In this document: piece after piece, positions 29,593 to 38,160 of the stretch
Layout: every line of letters begins with the position of its first letter
Numbering within the stretch: the first letter of the stretch is position 1
Assembly (NCBI GenBank): GCA_034521595.1
Contig: JAXHMG010000002.1
Coordinates: 96,001-160,000, forward strand
Length of the DNA: 64,000 bases
Source: Gemmatimonadota bacterium
GTDB lineage: Bacteria > Gemmatimonadota > Gemmatimonadetes > Longimicrobiales > Gaopeijiaceae
Direction: 5' to 3'
Made by a program: the position numbers and the translations under genes
Notes under the pieces: model-generated
Database searches by the model: none
Told to the model about the DNA's origin: nothing
The model's input: only the letters and a program-made list of their open reading frames with translations

Positions 29593-30540
29593 ATGCGGAC
29601 ATCTCTGACGACGAAGCGGACCCGGGTCGCGATTTTTGCCGGAGCGACCTCGGCGACGGTGCTACTCGCGGTCTCGACGCCCGCGGAGTCTCCCGCGCGC
29701 GACGCGGAGATGCCCTTGCCGGCGCCCGAGATCTCGTGGGAGCCGTCGACCCCCGCCCAGGGTCAGATCTTCCTCTTGCGGGTCCACGACACGGCGGGCG
29801 GAGCCATCGGCGCGGTCGAGGGACGGGCAGCGGGAGAGACGCTGCACTTCTCCGCCACGACCGACGGGGGGAGCTTCGAGAGTCTCGTGCCGATTCCGAT
29901 CGAGCAGGAGAACGCGCTCGAGCTCACGCTCACGGTGGTGTACGAGGACGGACGCTCGGTCGAGCTTCCGCGGGCCGTCCCCGTGGCGCCCGGAGCCTAC
30001 GAGCACGAGCGCCTCACCGTGGCGCCCCGGTACGGCACTCCGCCGGATTCGGCCGACCAGGCACGGCTCGCGCGTGACCGCGCCCGGGCGCGCGAAGTTT
30101 CCGAAGCAGCCCATGGGACGCCCCGCATGTGGACCCGGGCCATGGTCCTCCCGCGCGAGGACCGCGTGACGAGCGGCTTCGGGAACGGGCGGGAGTTCAA
30201 CGGCCAGATCATGAGCCGACACATGGGCCTCGACCTCGACGGCGAGACGGGAGACACGGTCTACGCGGCCACCCGCGGAGTCGTGGAGCTCGTCGACGAG
30301 TTCCTCCTGGCCGGAAACATCGTCTACTTGAACCATGGCGCCGGGCTCGTGACCGGCTACTTCCACCTCAGCGAGCAGCTCGTCGCGCCGGGGGATACGG
30401 TGGCGGCCGGCGACCCCGTCGGACGGGTGGGCGCGACCGGCCGGGTCACCGGCCCACATCTGCACTGGGTCGTCCGCTACGGACACACCAGCGTGGACCC
30501 GCGCAGCCTGCTCACCGTGATGGGGGCTCCCGCGCCGTAA
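29593..30540 (+). CDS. M23 family metallopeptidase
   Basis: HMGLD, YFHL, GATGRVTGPHLHW. Confidence 0.92.
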   Translation: MRTSLTTKRTRVAIFAGATSATVLLAVSTPAESPARDAEMPLPAPEISWEPSTPAQGQIFLLRVHDTAGGAIGAVEGRAAGETLHFSATTDGGSFESLVPIPIEQENALELTLTVVYEDGRSVELPRAVPVAPGAYEHERLTVAPRYGTPPDSADQARLARDRARAREVSEAAHGTPRMWTRAMVLPREDRVTSGFGNGREFNGQIMSRHMGLDLDGETGDTVYAATRGVVELVDEFLLAGNIVYLNHGAGLVTGYFHLSEQLVAPGDTVAAGDPVGRVGATGRVTGPHLHWVVRYGHTSVDPRSLLTVMGAPAP

Positions 30541-30564
30541 CAAGCGGCTCCGCGACCGGCCGCC

Positions 30565-30581
30565 CTACCACGGGCTGCTAG
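30565..30581 (-). repeat. Copy of MITE-end motif (right orientation)
   Basis: CTACCACGGGCTGCTAG; its CTAG abuts the IS left end. Confidence 0.7.
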
Positions 30582-31341
30582 GGCCTGTTCACACTAACGG
30601 GTGTGACGTATTTTGAGGGATGGTTATCACTGAAGAGCAGTATCGACGCATCGAGGGGTGTTTCCCGACTCATCGGGGAAACGTCAAAGTCAGCAACCTG
30701 GACGTGTTGAACGCCATTTTGTACGTGGCGGAGAACGGCTGCAAATGGCGCAGTTTGCCGAAGCGATTCGGGAGATGGCATACGGTCTATAGCCGAATGA
30801 ATCGGTGGGCGAAGGCAGGGGTGTTGGATGAGGTGTTCACGGCCCTGCAGGAAGAGGAAATCATCCGGATCAAGGTGGAGTCCCTGTCGGTGGACAGCAC
30901 GATCGTCCAAGTGCACCCGGATGGAACCGGGGCGGAAAAAAAAACGGACCGCAGTCCATCGGGCGTTCCCGAGGCGGGTGGAGCACCAAAATTCATATGG
31001 TTGCCGCGGATGATCGGAGAGCTGTGAGCTTCTCACTGACGCCGGGCCAGTGGGGCGACGGGCCAGCCGGGCGGGAGCTTCTGCGCGGCCTGCCTCAACC
31101 CGAGGAGCAGGTGTCTCTCATCATGGATCGAGCCTATGAGGGCGACGCGACTCGACAGTTGGCTCTGGATCTTGGCTTCACCCCCGTCGTGCCGCCGAAA
31201 AGACATCGACGACACCCCTGGTCTTTCAACGAGCAACTCTACCGCCGACGCAACGAGATCGAGCGCCTGTTCCGGCGACTCAAGGGCTTTCGCAGGCTCT
31301 TCTCTCGATTCGATAAGCTAGATGTGATGTTTACCGCCTTC
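30581..31341 (+). mobile_element. IS5-family (IS427-group-like) insertion sequence, right end missing
   Basis: Left end (CTA)GGGCCTGTTCACACTA; lower GC; two overlapping transposase ORFs; no matching right inverted repeat found. Confidence 0.85.
30620..31341 (+). pseudogene. IS5-family transposase (orfA/orfB joined by -1 frameshift at A9 30936-30944), 3'-truncated
   Basis: GCKWRSLP..FGRWHTVYSR, DST, then NGPQSIGRSRGGWSTKIH, DRAY, RNEIERLFRRLK, RFDKL; similarity stops at DVMFTAF. Confidence 0.85.
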
Positions 31342-32765
31342 CACCACCGCACGCGAATACGGTACTCGACCGTCGCCTCCCCCCGTGCCTCGATCCGCGG
31401 ATCGAAGGTGAAGGTGCCCGCATCGACACGCGTGGCCGGATGGGTGGACGAGAGGATGTCCCAGTCGCCGCCGACCGGCTCCACGAGCTGGACCGTCACG
31501 TCCTCGTCCTTGTGGTTGCGGACGTCGATCCGCCAGCTGCTCTCCGAGACGCACCGCGACACGGCGGTGTAGTCCATCTGTCGCCGGTCGGCGACGACGT
31601 CGAACGCCTCCCCCATCTTGATGCGGATCTCCTCGTCCCGCGGCGTGTGATCGATCCGGTCCTCGCCGATGAACTGTTGCGCCTCCGAGCCGTCCCGCTT
31701 GTAGACACGCACGATGCCCCTCGGAAGCGGCATCCCCAGCCCCGCCTCCTCGCTGTTCTCGAAGTCCAGGTACACGCCCACCTTCTGGTTCGCGGAGACC
31801 TGGTCGTATTGGCTCCGGTAGTACTGATTCCGACCGCGAAAGATGAGCTTCTTGTCGACCTCGAAGTCGGCGGCCTCGAGCAGAACCACCTGCTTCTGCT
31901 CGTTGTTCACCACGTCGGCGGGACGCTGCAGCGTGTAGAGGTGGTACTCGAAGAACGACTCCTCCGTGAAGCCCGCGGCGGCCGCTTCCATGGCCACGTC
32001 GGCCATCGTCCGCGCGCGCATCGCGTCGGGGTCGTTGCCCGAGACCCGCTGCACGTCTCCGGCCACGAGCTTGAGGTTGGCGCCCTGGTACGTGGCCCCG
32101 CTCTCGTTCTCCAGAGTCACCCACCCGGTGAGGTCACCGGCCGTATCGTCTTCGTTGAGCACCATCACGTAATCGGCGGACCAGCTCAGATTCCGGGTCA
32201 GGTACGACACCTCCACCCGTTGATCGCCTCCCGCGGCATCGAGTCGCCAGAGGAGGGTCGGCTCGGCGATGAGGTTGTCCGGAAGCTCCGGAAAGCCGAA
32301 ACGGCCGGGATAGTCGAAGGTGATCTCACCGTCGATGCGGAGAATCGGTCCCCCGTTCACGGAGAGAACCTCGGCCTGGCGCGGCACGTCGACCCCGTCC
32401 TCGTTCGTCCGGTACACGGTGACCGTCCGGCCCACGTACTTCTCGAGCAGCTTGTCCGGATTGAGCAGGTCGTACTGGTAGTTCTGCTCGAGCACTCGCA
32501 TTCCCCCGCCTCCGAGCGGCCGAATGTGCACCGTCTCCGGCTGGATGCCCGACGCCACGTCCGCGAACTCGAGGTCCACCCGACCGTCGGCGAGGTCGAG
32601 CGTGCGGACCTCGCGGACCAGCCCGAAGTTCTGGTTGTAGACGGTGATCGCGACCGACTCGCGCTCGTCGGCCGAGGAGTGGCGCACTTCCTGACCCGCC
32701 ACCGGCACGGGAAGAGGGGTCGTGAGCGCGACCACCGCGATGGCCGCGGCTACGAAGTTACGCAT
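31239..32765 (-). CDS. DUF4139 domain secreted protein (C-terminus extended into the IS)
   Basis: ITVYNQNFGLVRE, LEQNYQYDL, SWSADY, GMPLPRG, IDHTP, GEAFDV; GGAGG RBS; native-like end at VEYRIRVRW (~31342). Confidence 0.85.
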   Translation of the reverse strand: MRNFVAAAIAVVALTTPLPVPVAGQEVRHSSADERESVAITVYNQNFGLVREVRTLDLADGRVDLEFADVASGIQPETVHIRPLGGGGMRVLEQNYQYDLLNPDKLLEKYVGRTVTVYRTNEDGVDVPRQAEVLSVNGGPILRIDGEITFDYPGRFGFPELPDNLIAEPTLLWRLDAAGGDQRVEVSYLTRNLSWSADYVMVLNEDDTAGDLTGWVTLENESGATYQGANLKLVAGDVQRVSGNDPDAMRARTMADVAMEAAAAGFTEESFFEYHLYTLQRPADVVNNEQKQVVLLEAADFEVDKKLIFRGRNQYYRSQYDQVSANQKVGVYLDFENSEEAGLGMPLPRGIVRVYKRDGSEAQQFIGEDRIDHTPRDEEIRIKMGEAFDVVADRRQMDYTAVSRCVSESSWRIDVRNHKDEDVTVQLVEPVGGDWDILSSTHPATRVDAGTFTFDPRIEARGEATVEYRIRVRWWKAVNITSSLSNREKSLRKPLSRRNRRSISLRRR

Positions 32766-32952
32766 GGTGAACCTCCGAAGGGGTCGGAACAGGGCGATTC
32801 CACGATGTCCGAAGCGCTCGGACGACGCGGTCTTCACAGGGTCTTGACGTTTCATTCGCTGCTTCGTGCACACGGCCGGGCACCCGGACCGCGCGGTTGA
32901 ACACGCGGCTCGGCGCCGACATAGTGGACGGGTGTTCGATCCGCTTGGAGCC

Positions 32953-34257
32953 ATGACGCGACGAAGACGCCCGCCGGGCTTCCGCCCGACGGCGTGGGTC
33001 GTCGCGTGCGTGGCCGTCGCGGCCTGTGGCGGCGCTGAGGGCGGTGACACGGACGGTGCGGTCGAGCTCGAGGTGTGGTACCACGCCGGACAACCCGGAG
33101 AGCGCACCGCCCTCGAGGCGCAGGCGGCACGTTTCAACGCGCTTCAGGACTCCATCCGGGTCTCGCTCACGTTCCTGCCCGAAGGGTCCTATAACGCGCA
33201 GGTCCAGGCGTCGGCCGTCGCGGACCGACTCCCCGACCTCCTCGATCTCGACGGACCATACATCGCCACGTACGCGTGGCAAGGGCATATCCGCGCCCTC
33301 GACGATCTGCTCCCCGACTCGGTTCGGCGGGAGCTCCTCCCGTCCATCGTCGCCCAGGGAGAATGGCGCGGTTCGCTCTACGGCGTGGGCACCTTCGACT
33401 CGGGCCTCGCGCTCTACGCGGACGCCCGGGCGCTCGCGGCGGTCGAGGCCCGCATCCCTCGGAGTCCCGGTGAGGCGTGGAGCCGTGCCGAGCTCGACGA
33501 TCTCCTCGAGCGGCTCGCGGCAAGGGATCCCGACGGCGCCGTCCTGGACCTCAAGCTGAACTACGACGGGGAATGGTTCACCTACGCGTTCCAGCCCGCG
33601 CTTCGGTCCGCGGGCGGAGGGCTCCTCGACACCACGGGAGAGCGACCGGCGGCGAGCGGGATCTTGAACGGACCCGGATCGGTGTCGGCGGTCGGCGCGC
33701 TCCGGTCCTGGATGATGGACGGCCTGGTGGACCCCAACCTGGACGACGCGGCGTTCGTCAGGGGGCGTGTCGCCCTCTCGTGGAGCGGCCACTGGGACCA
33801 TCCCCGGTACCGCGAAGCGCTGGGCGACGACCTGTTGGTGCTCCCGCTCCCGGACTTCGGACGAGGAACCCGAACCGGACAGGGCTCCTGGGTCTGGACG
33901 ATTCCCGGAAGCACCGAGCATCCGGAAGCGGCCGCCGCGTTCCTCTCGTACCTGCTCGAGCCGGAGCAGGTTCTGGAGATGACCGACGCCAACGGAGCCG
34001 TGCCGGGAACCCGAGCCGCCGCCGCGGCCAGCACCGCCTACCGAGAGGGAGGCCCGCTCCACCTGCTGCTCCGACAGCTCGAGGAGGGGTGGTCGGTGCC
34101 CCGGCCGCAGACGCCGGCGTACCCGTTCGCTTCCTCGATCTTCCAGGACGCCTTCGAAGCGGTGCGGAACGGTGAGGACGTCACGGCGGTGCTCGACGAG
34201 GCGGCCCGAACCATCGACCGCGAGATCGACGACAACCACGGCTTCCTGGCTCCATGA
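32953..34257 (+). CDS. Sugar ABC transporter substrate-binding lipoprotein
   Basis: Lipobox VAAC; LPDLLDLDGP; first gene of an ABC operon. Confidence 0.9.
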   Translation: MTRRRRPPGFRPTAWVVACVAVAACGGAEGGDTDGAVELEVWYHAGQPGERTALEAQAARFNALQDSIRVSLTFLPEGSYNAQVQASAVADRLPDLLDLDGPYIATYAWQGHIRALDDLLPDSVRRELLPSIVAQGEWRGSLYGVGTFDSGLALYADARALAAVEARIPRSPGEAWSRAELDDLLERLAARDPDGAVLDLKLNYDGEWFTYAFQPALRSAGGGLLDTTGERPAASGILNGPGSVSAVGALRSWMMDGLVDPNLDDAAFVRGRVALSWSGHWDHPRYREALGDDLLVLPLPDFGRGTRTGQGSWVWTIPGSTEHPEAAAAFLSYLLEPEQVLEMTDANGAVPGTRAAAAASTAYREGGPLHLLLRQLEEGWSVPRPQTPAYPFASSIFQDAFEAVRNGEDVTAVLDEAARTIDREIDDNHGFLAP

Positions 34258-35195
34258 GCACGGGACGCTCGCCCCGCGGAGCCGACATCCATCCGTGGAG
34301 CACTTCGCTCCGACTCGCGTCCACCCTGGCCGGACCGGCCTTCGTGGGGCTCGGCCTCTTCGTGGCGGCCCCCTTCCTGCTCGCGGTCGTCCTGTCCTTC
34401 ACCGACCTGCGGCTGGGCTCTCCCCTCCCGATCGAGTGGGTCGGGCTCGAGCAGTACCGCAGGGTGCTCACCTCCCCGACCTTCCGGCGCGCGTTCTTCA
34501 ACAACGTGTACTTCACCGCCGTCGTCGTGCCGGTTCAGACCGCCCTGGCCCTGGCCGCCGCGCTCCTGCTCGACCGGGGCGTGCGCGGCACCGCGCTCGC
34601 CCGCGTGGCTCTGCTCCTGCCGGTGGTCTTTCCCATGGCCCTCATCGCCGTGGTCTGGGAGCTTCTCTACGCCGCGGGCCCCGACGGCCCGCTCAACGCG
34701 CTCCTCGGAAGCCTGACCCTCGGGCTCTGGACGCCTCGTGACTTCCTGCGCGATCCCGCCCTGGCCATGCCCGCGATCATGGTCCTTTCGATCTGGCAGG
34801 GGATGGGCTTCCAGATGGTCATCCTCTCGGCGGGCCTCCAGGCGATCCCGGACCACCTCCACGAAGCGGCCGCGCTCGACGGCGCGGGACCGTGGGGCCG
34901 CTTCCGCCACGTCACGCTCCCGGGCCTGAAGCGTCCTCTCGTTCTGGTCGGGGTGGTAACGGCGATCCTCTCCTTCCGGCTCTTCGACCAGGTGCGCATC
35001 CTCACGCGCGGCGGGCCGGAGGAGCGCACCACCACGGTCATGTACGAAGCGGTCACGGCGGCGTTCGACCGCCAGCAGGTCGCGCTCTCGGCCGCGATGA
35101 GCGTGATCTTCTTCCTCGTCGTCCTCTCGATCTCGCTGGTCGGGAGTCGCGCCGGCGACTCGCACGCCCCGGCACGCACGGCGGAGGGCACGTGA
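34254..35195 (+). CDS. Sugar ABC transporter permease
   Basis: EAA loop (LHEAAALDGA), VGLEQY, TM segments. Confidence 0.93.
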   Translation: MSTGRSPRGADIHPWSTSLRLASTLAGPAFVGLGLFVAAPFLLAVVLSFTDLRLGSPLPIEWVGLEQYRRVLTSPTFRRAFFNNVYFTAVVVPVQTALALAAALLLDRGVRGTALARVALLLPVVFPMALIAVVWELLYAAGPDGPLNALLGSLTLGLWTPRDFLRDPALAMPAIMVLSIWQGMGFQMVILSAGLQAIPDHLHEAAALDGAGPWGRFRHVTLPGLKRPLVLVGVVTAILSFRLFDQVRILTRGGPEERTTTVMYEAVTAAFDRQQVALSAAMSVIFFLVVLSISLVGSRAGDSHAPARTAEGT

Positions 35196-36067
35196 GCGCG
35201 GGCGTGCCGCCGAACACCGCACCGAGCGGGTGGCGGGCGGGATCGGGCCGGGGGCGGCTCCTCACCGGCATGGCGCTCGGCGTGGCCGGTCTCGTATGGC
35301 TGGCACCGGTCCTGGTGATGGTCACGGCCAGCTTGCGTCCCGAGTCGCGAGTCCTCACCGAAGCCGGCACGCTCCGAGGCCTCGTCCCCGACGATCCCAC
35401 GCTCCAGAACTACCGGGACGTCTTCGACCGGGTCGCCTTCGCGCGGATCCTCTGGAACACCTTCGTCATCAACGCGTCGATCGTGGTGGGTGGGCTGGCG
35501 GTCAACTCCACCGCCGCGTACGCCCTCGCCCGTCTGGAGTGGCCCGGGCGCCGGCTGACGCTCGCGTTCGTCCTCGCGCTTCTGGTCGTGCCGTTCGAAG
35601 CGATCGCCGTGCCGCTCTTCTACGCGACGACCGTCCTGGGATGGCGGGACACGTATCTGGTCCAGATCCTCCCGTTCGTCGCCAACGCGCTCTCCATCTA
35701 CATCTTCTACACGTTCTTCCGCGGGCTCCCCCGCGAGGTGGAAGACGCGGCTCGGGTCGACGGCGCCGGACCGTGGCGCATCTTCCTGGAGGTCGTGGTG
35801 CCCTCGTCCCGGACGGTCTTCGCCACCGTGGCCATCGTCACCTTCGTGCTCCACTGGGGCCTGTACCTGTGGCCTCTCCTGGTCACCAGCCGCGTCGACG
35901 TGCGTCCGCTGCCCCTCGGGATCGCCACGTTTCGCACGCTGCCCCCGATCCAGTGGGGAGACGTCATGGCGTTCGCGGTGATGATGGTGGCGCCGGTCGC
36001 GCTCATCTTCACGATCCTCCAGAGGTGGTTCACGCGGAGCATCGCGGCCACGGGACTCAAGGGCTGA
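35192..36067 (+). CDS. Sugar ABC transporter permease
   Basis: EDAARVDGA loop, TLQNY, TGLKG C-terminus; GTGA overlap. Confidence 0.93.
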   Translation: MSAGVPPNTAPSGWRAGSGRGRLLTGMALGVAGLVWLAPVLVMVTASLRPESRVLTEAGTLRGLVPDDPTLQNYRDVFDRVAFARILWNTFVINASIVVGGLAVNSTAAYALARLEWPGRRLTLAFVLALLVVPFEAIAVPLFYATTVLGWRDTYLVQILPFVANALSIYIFYTFFRGLPREVEDAARVDGAGPWRIFLEVVVPSSRTVFATVAIVTFVLHWGLYLWPLLVTSRVDVRPLPLGIATFRTLPPIQWGDVMAFAVMMVAPVALIFTILQRWFTRSIAATGLKG

Positions 36068-36068
36068 C

Positions 36069-37295
36069 ATGGCGGATATCCGGCTGACGAGCGTCGACAA
36101 GGTCTACCCTGGCGGCGTGCATGCGGTGCGTAAGCTCGACCTCGCCATCGAGGACGGGGAGCTCGTCGTCCTTCTGGGGCCGTCGGGGTGCGGGAAGTCC
36201 ACGGTGCTTCGCTTGGTGGCGGGGCTGGAGTCGCTGAGCGGGGGGGAGATACACATCGCCGGACGACGGGTGGACTCGGATCCACCGGACCGCCGGGACG
36301 TGGCCATGGTCTTTCAGAGCTACGCGCTGTACGGCCACATGACCGTACAGGAGAATCTCGAGTTCCCCCTGCGCATGCGTGGCGTCCCCGCGGCCGAGCG
36401 CCGTTCGCGCGCCGTGGAAACCGCCACGTTGCTCGAGCTGACCGACCTCCTCGATCAGCGCCCCGGAGCTCTTTCCGGGGGACAGCAGCAGCGGGTCGCC
36501 ATGGGGCGAGCGCTGGTACGGCAACCCGCCGCCTTCCTGCTGGACGAGCCCCTCTCGAACCTCGACGCCCGCCTGCGCGTGCACGTTCGCGAAGAGATCC
36601 GGAGCATCCAACGCAAGCTCGGCGTAACCACGCTGCACGTCACGCACGACCAGGTCGAAGCGCTGAGCCTCGGCGACCGCATCGCGGTGCTTCGCGACGG
36701 ACGCCTCCAACAGGTCGGGCCCGGCCAGGAGCTCTACGACCACCCCCGCAACACGTTCGTGGCGGCTTTCCTCGGACAGCCCGGAATGAATCTCCTCGAG
36801 GGCCGGCTCGCCCCGGAGCCTTCCGAACCGAATGGCGAGCCCACCGCGGAACGGCGGTCCGCACCTGCCGGAGCGTCCCCGCCCTCCGAGACCGCGGGCT
36901 CGTGGCGAGTCACGTTGACGGGCATGGAGGGCCGGCTCCCCGTGCCCGCATATCCGGCGGAGCTCGGCCGTTCCGCCACGTCGGGGCCACCGGACTCGGT
37001 GATCGTCGGCATCCGCCCGGAAGACGTGGACGTGGTCGGAGCCGAAAGCGGGCTGCTCCAGGGCACCGTGGAGACGGTCGAGGAGTTGGGAAGCGAGCGC
37101 GTTCTTCACGTGGAGCTACCGGCGCCAACCATGGACGCCACTCGCGAGGGAGGGACCCCCGCCCGGACGCTGTTCGCCGTGAGAACTCCGCGCACCCGAA
37201 CGTCCCCGGGGCCGGGGGAACGCATCCACCTGCACCCCCGTATTGAGAAGATCAGGGTATTCGACGCGCACGGCACCGCGATCGACATGGACTAG
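36069..37295 (+). CDS. Sugar ABC transporter ATP-binding protein (MalK-like)
   Basis: GPSGCGKS, VFQSYALY, LSGGQQQR, LLDEPLSNLDA. Confidence 0.95.
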   Translation: MADIRLTSVDKVYPGGVHAVRKLDLAIEDGELVVLLGPSGCGKSTVLRLVAGLESLSGGEIHIAGRRVDSDPPDRRDVAMVFQSYALYGHMTVQENLEFPLRMRGVPAAERRSRAVETATLLELTDLLDQRPGALSGGQQQRVAMGRALVRQPAAFLLDEPLSNLDARLRVHVREEIRSIQRKLGVTTLHVTHDQVEALSLGDRIAVLRDGRLQQVGPGQELYDHPRNTFVAAFLGQPGMNLLEGRLAPEPSEPNGEPTAERRSAPAGASPPSETAGSWRVTLTGMEGRLPVPAYPAELGRSATSGPPDSVIVGIRPEDVDVVGAESGLLQGTVETVEELGSERVLHVELPAPTMDATREGGTPARTLFAVRTPRTRTSPGPGERIHLHPRIEKIRVFDAHGTAIDMD

Positions 37296-37303
37296 AGGGG
37301 CAT

Positions 37304-37543
37304 ATGTCATCCACGGATGCGACGGGCTACCGGCCCATCGACTGCAGCGTTCACGACCGCCTGGAAGCCTTCGCGGTGTCACGGACCGATTGCCGCGTCA
37401 CCTACACGGACCCGGCCACGGAGGAGCGTACGATCACCGGACGCATCGTCGACGTGTTCACCCGGGATGGCGCCGAGTTTCTGCGGATGGACGAGGGATC
37501 CGAGATCCGACTCGACCGCCTTCGCTCCTGCGAGCGCGTCTGA
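37304..37543 (+). CDS. rof: Rho-binding antiterminator (Rof/YaeO family)
   Basis: YRPIDCSVHDRLE N-terminus and EFL...IRLDRL C-terminus resemble Rof. Confidence 0.75.
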   Translation: MSSTDATGYRPIDCSVHDRLEAFAVSRTDCRVTYTDPATEERTITGRIVDVFTRDGAEFLRMDEGSEIRLDRLRSCERV

Positions 37544-37583
37544 TTATCTTCCGCGCCCTCGCGAACCGACACCCGGACATGCC

Positions 37584-38084
37584 ATGCCCAAGAACCAGTC
37601 CTTCGACATCTCCACGTCCGTAGACCTCCAGGAAGTCGACAACGCCGTCAATCAGGTGAACAAGGAGATCGCGACGCGTTACGACTTCCGGGGCACCAGT
37701 TGCACCGTGGAGCTCGACCGGGAAGCGGGCGTGGTGAAGCTGGACGCCGACGACGAGTACCGCCTCCAGGCCGTGCTCGGCGTGCTGCGAGAGAAGCTCA
37801 GTCGCCGCGGGGTTCCGCTGAAGAACGTGGACCTCGGCGAGGTCGAGGTCGGCACGATGGGGCGGGCCCGGCAGAGCGTGACGCTCAAGCAGGGCATCGA
37901 CCAGGAAACGGCCAAGCGGATCTCCAAAGACATCAAGGACGCGGGACTGAAGAAGGTCCAGGTCCAAATTCAAGGGGAGGAGGTCCGGGTGACCTCTCCG
38001 TCGCGTGACACCCTGCAGGAAGTCATCGCACTCGTGAAGGGAGGCGACTACGGCATGGAGTTGATGTTCGGCAACTTCCGCTGA
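37584..38084 (+). CDS. yajQ: YajQ family nucleotide/c-di-GMP-binding protein
   Basis: SFDI..VDLQEVDNAVNQ, TRYDFRG, QIQGEEVRV, NFR C-terminus. Confidence 0.95.
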   Translation: MPKNQSFDISTSVDLQEVDNAVNQVNKEIATRYDFRGTSCTVELDREAGVVKLDADDEYRLQAVLGVLREKLSRRGVPLKNVDLGEVEVGTMGRARQSVTLKQGIDQETAKRISKDIKDAGLKKVQVQIQGEEVRVTSPSRDTLQEVIALVKGGDYGMELMFGNFR

Positions 38085-38160
38085 GCACCCGTAGGAACCC
38101 GCACCTTCCCACGGGCGCGGGCCCTCACGGCCCCGTCCCTCCGCCGTCGATCACATCGTA

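Noticed and set aside
30578-31036. 152-aa minus-strand ORF inside the IS
   Set aside because: Antisense to transposase orfA, with no recognisable motif.
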